A stretch of 64,000 nt of DNA from Planctomycetota bacterium (GTDB taxonomy: Bacteria > Planctomycetota > UBA8108 > SXIK01): the NCBI GenBank assembly GCA_965223845.1, contig CBDCXR010000004.1, positions 4,096,001 through 4,160,000 on the forward strand, given 5' to 3'. Below, piece by piece: positions 18,655 to 27,090 of this stretch (the first letter of the stretch is position 1; each line of letters begins with the position of its first letter). The notes under the pieces were generated by a model. That model saw only the letters and a program-made list of their open reading frames with translations. It did not search any database and was not told the origin of the DNA. The translations under genes were made by a program, and so were the position numbers.

Positions 18655-20928
18655 TCATCGGAGCGACTCGATCCACTCGCCGATGACGCGCGCTGCCTCC
18701 CAATCGATCTTCGACGACGCCAGCGTCGGCATCTGTCCCGCGCCACGCTTGAGCATCCGATGGAGGAGCTCCGACTCTTGCGGACTCCCCGGAACGATCA
18801 GTCGGGATTCCGCCGATCCGATGCGTCCTTGACCCGGCGGGGCGTCGATGAGCGCCGCGCGATCGAGCGGCGTGTTGAAGCGGAGATCGGCCTTCGAGAG
18901 GCCGGTTCCACCCGGAGCATGACACATCGCGCAGTTCGCGTCGAGATACGCTCGCGCACGCTTCTCCACCGGTGCGGACCGATCACCCCACACCGGATAC
19001 GCGTCGAGATGGCCGGGATCGGGGAGTGCCTCGGAGAAGACCCCGAGCCGCTCGAGCGCGGCGAGCTGGTTCGCCTGAAAGTCAGCAAAGCTCGTCGTAA
19101 AGTTGAGCTGGCGGGTAGTTACGCCGAGGACGAATCCCGCCGATTGCGTGTGGCACGCACGGCAGTCGGAACGGCTCGGGAAATACCACTCCGCCTCGGC
19201 GTCGCGTCCCCCGTGGGAGACGGGGTAGGAGCGCGTGAGCGCCGCGTCCAGCAGCCGGGCGTCCGTCCGCTCGTCGTTCCAGAGGTACGTGTAGCCCTCC
19301 CAGCCGCGCGCGGCGTGAACGAGAAGCCGAGTCTCGAGGCGATGGTCTCGCGGGGCGCGGCGACGACGCTTGCCCGAGTCGAGCGTAAACGTCTTCACGA
19401 AGACCGTGCCAACGGGGAAGCTCCACGCGCCCTTCGCGTCGAAGTCGATCGTCCCCCCCGCGGGGAGTGCCAGGTAGCGAATCTTGTCGGTGCCGTCCGA
19501 CCAAAGCGGCACGGCGACGTCGTACGGAATCAGCCCCGGCGCGGGAGTCATCGACTTCAGATCGGAGAAGAGACCCGTCTCGGAGAGAAGCCGCGGGAAG
19601 TCTTCCGTTCGAACGTCTTCACTCTGTCGACGCCGGAAGCGGTAGAGTCCGCCCTGGTCGAGTCGAAACACCGTGCCGAGGTCGAGCTTCGTCGTGTCGC
19701 GATCGCTTTCGAGCGCAGCGAGATACACCTCGCCGGCCTCGTCCTCGCCGAACGCGGTGATCGGAAGATTGCTGCGAGCGATGAGATGATTCGACGACAC
19801 CTTCTCGCCGTCGTAGCGAAGCGCCCACAAATTGAACGTGACAAAGTCGCCGTAGATGTAGGCACCGTAGAGCTCCGGCAGGAGCTCCCCGCGGTAGACG
19901 TACCCGCCGGTGATCGATTTCCCTTCGTCTCGGGGATATTCCCATATCGGCTCGACGAACTCCGTGCCCGTCCGCGGTGCGTCGGGCTTCCAATCGTGGC
20001 GCCCTTCGCGGATCTTCCAGCCGTAGTTGCCCCCGGGACGGATGAGGTTGATCTCTTCCCACTTGTCTTGGCCTACGTCAGCGAGCCACAGGTCGCCCGT
20101 GAGTCGGTCGAACGAAATGCGCCACGGATTGCGGATTCCGTACGCCCAGATCTCCGGCCGCGCGCCCTCGGTCGCGACGAACGGGTTATCGGCGGGAACG
20201 CTGTACTCCTTCCCGCCACTCTTCTGGTGGACGTCGATCCGGAGAACCGTTCCGAGGAGAGTCGAGAGGTTTTGCCCGTGGCCGAACGGATCGTCGCGCT
20301 TCCCGCCGTCGCCGAGGCCGATGTAGAGCATGCCGTCGGGGCCGAACTCGATCGCGCCGCCGTTGTGGTTCCCGAACGGCTCGTCGATCTCGAGGAGGCG
20401 CTCCTCAGAGGCGGGATCGCCGCGCGACGCATCGCCATCGAGAAGACGAAACCGAGCCACGACCGAAGTCTTCTTCTTGTTGCCGTCCTCGCCCGGCGTG
20501 CGTGTCGAGTAGTAGACGTAGAATTCGGCCACTTCGGGAAACTTCGGATCGAAGGCGAGACCGAGGAGCCCCTCCTCGAAGTGCTCGTACACCGCGCGGT
20601 CGCGGAGATCGAGAAACACGCTCGAGCTGTCGACATCGTCGCGATTTTCGAACGCGCGAATGATCCCGCGCTGCTCACAAACGAACAGACGGTTCGATCC
20701 GTCGCCGGCGTTGGCGATCGCGACCGGACGATCGAACTTGAGCTTGGGAAATGCGCGTACGACTTCTAGGGGAGGGAGGGGATCGGGTGAGCCGAGAAGT
20801 CGACTCGTGTCTACCGCACGAAACGTCGCCGGCGTCGGCGCTGCCGGCTCGGGGGAAGCCAGTACGGAAACTGCGCACGCGAAGAGGAGCGGAAGCGAGC
20901 ACGCGAATCGTCCGGAAGTGCGAAACAT
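18655..20928 (-). CDS. PQQ-dependent sugar (glucose/sorbosone) dehydrogenase with C-terminal c-type heme domain
   Basis: NHNGGAIEFGPDGMLY, YGIRNPWR, GGNYGW, SITGG; CRACH and CAMCH heme motifs. Confidence 0.88.
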   Translation of the reverse strand: MFRTSGRFACSLPLLFACAVSVLASPEPAAPTPATFRAVDTSRLLGSPDPLPPLEVVRAFPKLKFDRPVAIANAGDGSNRLFVCEQRGIIRAFENRDDVDSSSVFLDLRDRAVYEHFEEGLLGLAFDPKFPEVAEFYVYYSTRTPGEDGNKKKTSVVARFRLLDGDASRGDPASEERLLEIDEPFGNHNGGAIEFGPDGMLYIGLGDGGKRDDPFGHGQNLSTLLGTVLRIDVHQKSGGKEYSVPADNPFVATEGARPEIWAYGIRNPWRISFDRLTGDLWLADVGQDKWEEINLIRPGGNYGWKIREGRHDWKPDAPRTGTEFVEPIWEYPRDEGKSITGGYVYRGELLPELYGAYIYGDFVTFNLWALRYDGEKVSSNHLIARSNLPITAFGEDEAGEVYLAALESDRDTTKLDLGTVFRLDQGGLYRFRRRQSEDVRTEDFPRLLSETGLFSDLKSMTPAPGLIPYDVAVPLWSDGTDKIRYLALPAGGTIDFDAKGAWSFPVGTVFVKTFTLDSGKRRRRAPRDHRLETRLLVHAARGWEGYTYLWNDERTDARLLDAALTRSYPVSHGGRDAEAEWYFPSRSDCRACHTQSAGFVLGVTTRQLNFTTSFADFQANQLAALERLGVFSEALPDPGHLDAYPVWGDRSAPVEKRARAYLDANCAMCHAPGGTGLSKADLRFNTPLDRAALIDAPPGQGRIGSAESRLIVPGSPQESELLHRMLKRGAGQMPTLASSKIDWEAARVIGEWIESLR

Positions 20929-21080
20929 GAAGATCAATCCTCGGCGAATCGGTCGGCGGGTGTTTCGAGGCTAAACATTCGGGTAGATGGGTTCCGAACG
21001 GCAGATTATCTTCGAAACGTCGAAGAAGGGCTATACCGATTAGCCGCAGCGCACCGCGCACGAGCTTACTCGCACCGAAC

Positions 21081-21746
21081 ATGGCATTTGTCCACCACCT
21101 TGCCGCGGGCTCACTTGCAGTCGTTTTCGTCGCGACGACTTTCGGCTGCGCAACGAAGAGCGTCTGGAGCTGGGCAACGCGGACTCGCTTTGAGGTGACA
21201 GCGTCCACCGTGAACTGCCTCGGTGCGCGTGTGCTCGAGGAAGCGGGGATCGCTCAGGTCGATTTCGAAGTGTCGCGTGGACGTCCACCCGAATCCGCGC
21301 TGCTCCGCGTCGACGTCCCCATCGAATGGGATCGAATCATCGTCGTCGGCGAGCGCTCCGGCGGCGCGCGATGCTCGCCGCTTCGGACGCCTTACACGGT
21401 AGACGCGGAACCGGAAGCGCCGTTCGACGCCGACGTCTACCGGCTCGAGAGTGCCGTCTTCGACCCCGGGGCGCGGCATCCGCTTTCGTACTTCGTCAAT
21501 CGGGACGGCGTCGCGTCCGTCTACGCATGGGACGAAACCGCCGCGCGCCGTGTCCTCGTGTCTCGTTTCGAAACCGCCGAGACGATCGCCGTTCCTCCCT
21601 CGCCGTTCCAGTACGTGCTCGCGACCGCCGCGACGCCACCGGCCGTCGCCGTCGACGCCGTCGGCCTCGTCTTCTACGTCGCGCTCTGGCCCGTGTGGGC
21701 GAGTGTCGGCATCGGTTACGACACCGATCCGCCGCCGAGCTCGTGA
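21081..21746 (+). CDS. Hypothetical lipoprotein
   Basis: Lipobox-like TFGC, hydrophobic C-terminal segment; stop lies 4 nt before the Fpg start. Confidence 0.55.
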   Translation: MAFVHHLAAGSLAVVFVATTFGCATKSVWSWATRTRFEVTASTVNCLGARVLEEAGIAQVDFEVSRGRPPESALLRVDVPIEWDRIIVVGERSGGARCSPLRTPYTVDAEPEAPFDADVYRLESAVFDPGARHPLSYFVNRDGVASVYAWDETAARRVLVSRFETAETIAVPPSPFQYVLATAATPPAVAVDAVGLVFYVALWPVWASVGIGYDTDPPPSS

Positions 21747-21750
21747 GTCG

Positions 21751-22587
21751 ATGCCGGAACTTCCCGAGGTCGAATGGGGACGAAAGCTTGCCGAAGGGGC
21801 GGCGGTCGGACGCCGCATCCTCAGGCTCGACTGTGCAGACGATCCGATCGTGTTCGAGAAAGTCTCGCGCCGGCGCATTCGCGCCGCCCTCCTCGGTCGT
21901 CGTGTCCTCGCGGTGCATCGCCGGGGGAAACACCTCTGGTTCGAGCTCGACGCGCGCCCCTGGCCGCTCTTTCATTTCGGGATGACCGGCGCGTTTCGCG
22001 TACCCGACGAGGAAGCACTCCCCCTCGCCTCGAGCGCGAAAACGCCGGACCGATCCTGGCCACCGAAGTTCACGAAGATCCGTTTCGGCTTCGAGGGCGG
22101 CGGCGAGCTCGCGATGACGAATGCGCGACGACTGGGTCGGATCCGACTGCGCGACGACCCGGCCGCTGAACCGCCGATCTCTGAGCTCGGTTTCGACCCT
22201 CTGCTCGACCTTCCCTCGGTGAGAGAGTTTCGCCGCGCGCTCAGGTCACGCCGAAGCCCGGTGAAGGCGGTTCTCCTCGATCAGTCATTCGCCGCCGGTG
22301 TCGGCAACTGGATCGCCGACGAAGTGCTCTACCAGGCGCGCGTCGATCCTCGCCGTCGAGCCGCCGATCTCGCCGACGACGATGCCACACGCGTGCGGAG
22401 CGCGCTCCGGAGCATCGTGCGCCGTGCCACTTCGGTCGATGCAGACAAGAGCCGATTTCCCCGTACTTGGCTCTTTCATCGCCGCTGGGGAAAGGCGGAA
22501 CAAGCGAAGACTCCCGCGGGCGAGCGCATCGAGTTCATCACCGTCGCTGGCCGGACGACCGCGTGGGTTCCCGCGCGCCAAACTTGA
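21751..22587 (+). CDS. Fpg/Nei family DNA glycosylase, zinc-less finger type
   Basis: MPELPEVE N-terminus, RRGKH, HFGMTG, H2TH LLDQSFAAGVGNWIADE. No Cys in the C-terminal region. Confidence 0.92.
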   Translation: MPELPEVEWGRKLAEGAAVGRRILRLDCADDPIVFEKVSRRRIRAALLGRRVLAVHRRGKHLWFELDARPWPLFHFGMTGAFRVPDEEALPLASSAKTPDRSWPPKFTKIRFGFEGGGELAMTNARRLGRIRLRDDPAAEPPISELGFDPLLDLPSVREFRRALRSRRSPVKAVLLDQSFAAGVGNWIADEVLYQARVDPRRRAADLADDDATRVRSALRSIVRRATSVDADKSRFPRTWLFHRRWGKAEQAKTPAGERIEFITVAGRTTAWVPARQT

Positions 22588-22608
22588 CCGAAGCTCTCGG
22601 AGCGAAGC

Positions 22609-23583
22609 CTACGGGTTCGGTTCTGTTTTCGCGAATTCGTCGAAGCGCTCGGCGACGCGCCCCTCCTCGGCATCGCCCGGGTGAAACACGAACCGGTAGC
22701 GGAACGTAACCGATTGGTCCGCCTCGATCGTCATGTCGCCCGTGCCCTTTTCCTTTCGCTCGAAGTTGTGGACGCCGAAGGCGTTCGCCGCGACGAGACC
22801 GTAGTCGCGAGCGTGCCACCAGGTCGGGTGCCGCGGATTCGATGGATGGTCGAAAATCGCGACGCCCACCGTGTGCTCGCCGACCGTTCCCCAGTAATCG
22901 ACCCAAGCGGCGCGCTTCCCCCACAGCTCACCGTCTCGCTGCCCCGCGCTGTTCAGAGCCTTCCCGTTCGCCGTCGTGACACCGTGCCGCTCGCTGTTCG
23001 AGAGCCGGAGATTCGGGTGCGTTCGAATCCCCATCGTCCCTTCCTTCGTGTCGCCGAGAACGACCTTGCCCTCCGATGCGACCAAGGTCACCTCGTAGTC
23101 GATCGCCCTCGCTTCACCGAGTGGGAAGAACGTGATCGTTCGCCGATCGGTGCACACCGTGTTTCCGTCCGGCCCGACCCACCGGTTCGTGGTTCGGATC
23201 ACCCCTTTGTCGCCGCTTTCGACTCCGATGAGGTTCTCGTGCTCCGTCTTCCCGGCGCCTTCGTTCTCGTGCCAAAACGAGATTCCGTTCACCTCGCCGT
23301 GCGTGAACCAGAGCGAGCGATGATGCGGATGATCCTTCGCTTCGCCCTCGACCTCCTTCATCGGGTGGTTCCGCGTCATCGGGACGCCGTTCGGCCCGAT
23401 CACCGGATAGAGGATCGGTTTGTTGTTTCCGGCGTAGAGGTATTCGGTGAAGAGCTCGCCATCGATCTCGACGCGAATCTTCCCTTCCGCCCCGGGCTCG
23501 ACCGACACCTTGGGAACGGCGCAGCCGAGTAGAGGACCGGCCGCTACGAGAACCACGGCAATGATTCGAACGTTCGACGTCAT
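22609..23583 (-). CDS. PmoA-like (PF14100/DUF6807) lipoprotein, not a true particulate methane monooxygenase
   Basis: KPILYPV, DHPHHRSLWF, DTKEG, DHPSNP and WHARDYG motifs; lipobox LLGC. Confidence 0.8.
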   Translation of the reverse strand: MTSNVRIIAVVLVAAGPLLGCAVPKVSVEPGAEGKIRVEIDGELFTEYLYAGNNKPILYPVIGPNGVPMTRNHPMKEVEGEAKDHPHHRSLWFTHGEVNGISFWHENEGAGKTEHENLIGVESGDKGVIRTTNRWVGPDGNTVCTDRRTITFFPLGEARAIDYEVTLVASEGKVVLGDTKEGTMGIRTHPNLRLSNSERHGVTTANGKALNSAGQRDGELWGKRAAWVDYWGTVGEHTVGVAIFDHPSNPRHPTWWHARDYGLVAANAFGVHNFERKEKGTGDMTIEADQSVTFRYRFVFHPGDAEEGRVAERFDEFAKTEPNP

Positions 23584-23958
23584 GAACAACTCCCGTTGGA
23601 AAACACGCGAAGGATCCATCGTGGAATGCGACTTTGACCCGGGAACGTGAGGATTCTACCCGAACGTCGTGAGAAAATGGCGACCGAGAACCGTGGCGTG
23701 GATGTCGACAGCGGAACTCGGGAACCGGACGACGAGGGCAGTGTTTTCGACCGATCGTGGTGCACGACGCCGAGGAATCGTGAAACACGCGGGCGCGGCC
23801 CCCGTCTACCCTCGAGGCGCGAAGGAATCGGGACACGCGCTGCCACGTCGGGATTCGCGTTGAGACATCCGACCGAGCACGGCATGCTCAACGAATTGGG
23901 GGACACGCGAACGCCGCCGACAGTTGAGACTCTCTGAGCGGGAGACCGGGAGACGACG

Positions 23959-26199
23959 ATGAAGACTGCACTCGCGATTTCGATCGTGTTTTTTGCCGGG
24001 ATCGCCATCGGGATCGCGGTCGGACCGAGGCTGCTCGATCCGCCGACGCCGGAGCCCGCCGACAGTACTCCCGCGCCCGCGGCAGACGTCACCCAGCCCG
24101 CGCCTGCGAAGCTCGCGGCGACCCCCGAACCCCCGCGCCCGGAGCCGAGCGTCGAGCAGCGCTCGACCCTGCGCGCCGCGCTCGATGCGATTCCCGCGAC
24201 TCAGTACGAGTCCGGGAGCGGGCAGTTCGTCGGACACGTACGCACCGAGGACGGCAAACCGGTCGAAGGCGTTCGGATCCGCGCCGTGCGAAAACGCGCG
24301 AAAGGCTCTGGATCGGGAACCGAAGCGAACCTCGAGGAGCGCGTGCTCGAGCTCGTCGATCAACATCGGTTTCGCGAGAGCACAACCCTCGAGGCGGTCA
24401 CGGACGCGAGCGGGGCGTACACCATCGCGGGCGCGTTCGAAACGGCACGCTACGACGTGAGCGCGCGGAAAACCAACTGGAAGTTCGAGACGGCTCCCGG
24501 ACAGCACCGCCACGACGAGCTTCCCGGAATCACGGTCGACTTCGTCGCAACGCCGCAGTCCGAACTTCGCGTCGACGTTCTGTTCGCCGCCGGAGGCGAA
24601 CCGCACAAGGCGCGAATCGAATACCGCCGCACCGATATGGCGAGTCGTCGCACCTCCTCGAGCTCTTGGTCGCCGACGGATCGGTCGCTCCGACTCGAAC
24701 CCGGCCAGTACTCGCTCCGCGCTCGCGCGGGTGACGACAACGAGTACGCATCGGAGTGGGCGGAGACGACCCTCAGCATCGACTCGGCCGCGAGTCCGCT
24801 CCGCCTGACGCTCAAGACGAGGCCAGGAATCATCGGACAGGTGGTGTTTCCGCCGGGAGAGCGGCCGGAGAACGTGCGCGTCTTCCTCGTTTCTTCCTCG
24901 AGCGCAGATGTCGATCCGCAAGTGCTCCTCCAGAGCGACCGATCCGACTGGCTCTCCCACCACAACAAGTTTCAGTTCTCGTTCAAGGATCTAGAGCCCG
25001 GCGGGTACGTCGTTGGAATGAGCCGCCAGCACAACACCGGAGTCGTGGCGTCGACGTTCGTTGAAGTCACGGACAAGCTCGAGCGCGTCGAGATCGAGGT
25101 CCCCGCGCTCGGCCCCGACGAATATTTCGTTCTCTGGGTACGCGACCCCGCCGGAGAGATCGTCCGCGATTTCAGTACCGGGATCACGTACTACCACGGG
25201 AACGGATCGCACGGCACTTCGCCGGCGACGCTCAAGAAAGACGACGGCTCGACGTGGGTTCTCCGCGAACCGGCGGCCGATGATCTGACCATAGACGAAA
25301 TCGAGCGGGCGGAGCTCCGCATTCAATCCCCGAAGTACGGAAGCAAAACGGCCGCGTTCGACTATCAGTCGGCCGACACGATCGAAGTTCAGTTCGTCGA
25401 TCCCGCGTTCCTCGACGTCACGGTTCGAGGACTCGCCGGGAGCGATCTCGAGGGTCGCCTCGAGGGAGTCCTCGCGCTCACCGAAGAGAACAATGGAGCG
25501 CGGCACACTCGTTACGTCACGCAGCAGTCCGGCCAAGGCTTCGACGGTGACGGACGGAAACGCTTCGGGCCGGTCGAGCCCGGCGAGTACATGCTTCATC
25601 TGCAAGTGCGCCACAAGCGCCACCAGCATCGGGTGATTCATGAGGAAAGGGTCCAAGTCGGCACGGGCGAAAACGCAGTGACCGTTCCGCTTCCTGCGGT
25701 CTACACACTCACCGTGCGGATGCCGGAGGGTCGCGAGAAGATGCGGATCCAGATCCAGAAGTCCGGCGGAGGGATGTACGACAACGGGACCCCCGACGAG
25801 TCGGGAACGCTCGTCTTCGAGACGCTCGGAGCCGGCGAGTACAAGCTGACTTCGTGGGGAGGTCCGAACGGCGGCCAGATGACGGTTCGCGTCCCCGAAA
25901 CCCTCGAGGTCACGTTCGAACCGGAAGAGATCAATGCACTCGAGGTCAAGATCACGAGCGCCGAGGGAAAGCTAGCCCAGGCCGGTCTCGAAGACGGTGA
26001 TCTCGTCGTCGGAATCGACGGCACGGAGTTTGAGTCGATGCTTCAGATGCAGACGCTCTTCGTGACCGCAATGTCGAAGGGTTCCGAGTCGACGCTGATG
26101 GTAGATCGCGGCGGACGGCGCCTCGAGGTCAAGTTGAACGTTCAGGCGATGCAGGATCCGAACGGCATCGGCGGAAACATGGAGCCCGCCTCTCGTTAG
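23959..26199 (+). CDS. Membrane-anchored protein with carboxypeptidase-regulatory-like beta-sandwich repeats and a C-terminal PDZ-like domain
   Basis: N-terminal TM and Pro-rich linker; GHVRTEDGKPVEG, TDASGAY and repeated (L/V)EPGxY; AGLEDGDLVVGIDG near the C-terminus. Confidence 0.65.
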   Translation: MKTALAISIVFFAGIAIGIAVGPRLLDPPTPEPADSTPAPAADVTQPAPAKLAATPEPPRPEPSVEQRSTLRAALDAIPATQYESGSGQFVGHVRTEDGKPVEGVRIRAVRKRAKGSGSGTEANLEERVLELVDQHRFRESTTLEAVTDASGAYTIAGAFETARYDVSARKTNWKFETAPGQHRHDELPGITVDFVATPQSELRVDVLFAAGGEPHKARIEYRRTDMASRRTSSSSWSPTDRSLRLEPGQYSLRARAGDDNEYASEWAETTLSIDSAASPLRLTLKTRPGIIGQVVFPPGERPENVRVFLVSSSSADVDPQVLLQSDRSDWLSHHNKFQFSFKDLEPGGYVVGMSRQHNTGVVASTFVEVTDKLERVEIEVPALGPDEYFVLWVRDPAGEIVRDFSTGITYYHGNGSHGTSPATLKKDDGSTWVLREPAADDLTIDEIERAELRIQSPKYGSKTAAFDYQSADTIEVQFVDPAFLDVTVRGLAGSDLEGRLEGVLALTEENNGARHTRYVTQQSGQGFDGDGRKRFGPVEPGEYMLHLQVRHKRHQHRVIHEERVQVGTGENAVTVPLPAVYTLTVRMPEGREKMRIQIQKSGGGMYDNGTPDESGTLVFETLGAGEYKLTSWGGPNGGQMTVRVPETLEVTFEPEEINALEVKITSAEGKLAQAGLEDGDLVVGIDGTEFESMLQMQTLFVTAMSKGSESTLMVDRGGRRLEVKLNVQAMQDPNGIGGNMEPASR

Positions 26200-26252
26200 C
26201 ACGCTTCCGCTGCGTGCGGCGCCACCTCCGTTTCGGTTTTCGGCTCGCGGCG

Positions 26253-26283
26253 CTCGCCCCTTCGCTCACCGAATCCGGTGAGA
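26253..26283 (+). repeat. Dispersed palindromic intergenic repeat, copy A
   Basis: CTCGCCCCTTCGCTCACCGAATCCGGTGAGA; 29/31 identical to copy C. Confidence 0.75.
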
Positions 26284-26532
26284 AACGGTGGCTAGACGAG
26301 CGGCGTCGTCCGATGTTCGGGCGAAGCTCCAGAGAACCGCGCAGTTTTTCGCGCGCCTCGGTGCGACGTCGAGCCGCACGTCGCGACGCCGAGAGTCCTC
26401 CCGTCGCCGCTCACGACCGTAGTACAATGGAGCTCGGCGCGACGGGCGTCATGGCGATGCCGACGCGAGCGAGTGAAGAGACCCACCCGAGCCGTCCGGC
26501 TCAGACTTCGTGTCCAGCCTGAGTGAACTCCC

Positions 26533-27090
26533 ATGAACGAGCAGGCCGAAGCATCCGTGTCCGGTGAGCCACCGCGGCGCGGATTCCTCGCCGGCCTTTT
26601 GGCCGTCATCACCGGAACCGTCGCGGGCCTCGTCCCTTTGCTCGCCGGACTCTTTTTCGCCGCGGACCCGATGCGCCGGAAGGGCGAAAGCGGTGCTCCG
26701 TTCATCCCCGCGGCGAGCCTCGATTCGGTGCCGGCCGACGGCCGCCCGCGAGTGTTTCCCATTCGCGCCGACAAGCAGGACGCATGGAACCGTTTCGTGG
26801 ACGTTCCCGTGGGCGCTGTGTACTTGATCCGGCTGGCGGAGCGCCCGGACGAAGTCATCGCGTTCAACACCGTCTGCCCGCACCTCGGTTGTTTCGTCGA
26901 TACGGTCGAGGACAACAGCTATCTCTGTCCCTGCCACAACAGCCGGTTCAAAGCGAACGGTGAGCGCGACAAGGACTGCGCCGCCGCGCGCGGACTCGAC
27001 CGACTCGCTACGAAGATCGAGGACGAGCGGATCCTCGTTCAGTTCCAGAACTTCCTCACCGGCCGCAAGGACAAGGTCCCGGTCTCATGA
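26533..27090 (+). CDS. Rieske 2Fe-2S subunit of a Rieske/cytochrome b complex
   Basis: Tat motif PRRGFL plus TM; CPHLGC and CPCHNS boxes; overlaps the cytochrome b start by ATGA. Confidence 0.92.
   Translation: MNEQAEASVSGEPPRRGFLAGLLAVITGTVAGLVPLLAGLFFAADPMRRKGESGAPFIPAASLDSVPADGRPRVFPIRADKQDAWNRFVDVPVGAVYLIRLAERPDEVIAFNTVCPHLGCFVDTVEDNSYLCPCHNSRFKANGERDKDCAAARGLDRLATKIEDERILVQFQNFLTGRKDKVPVS

Noticed and set aside
22609-23583. PmoA label suggesting methane oxidation
   Set aside because: This is the soluble PF14100-type lipoprotein; it has no multi-TM pMMO subunit features and no pmoB or pmoC neighbours.
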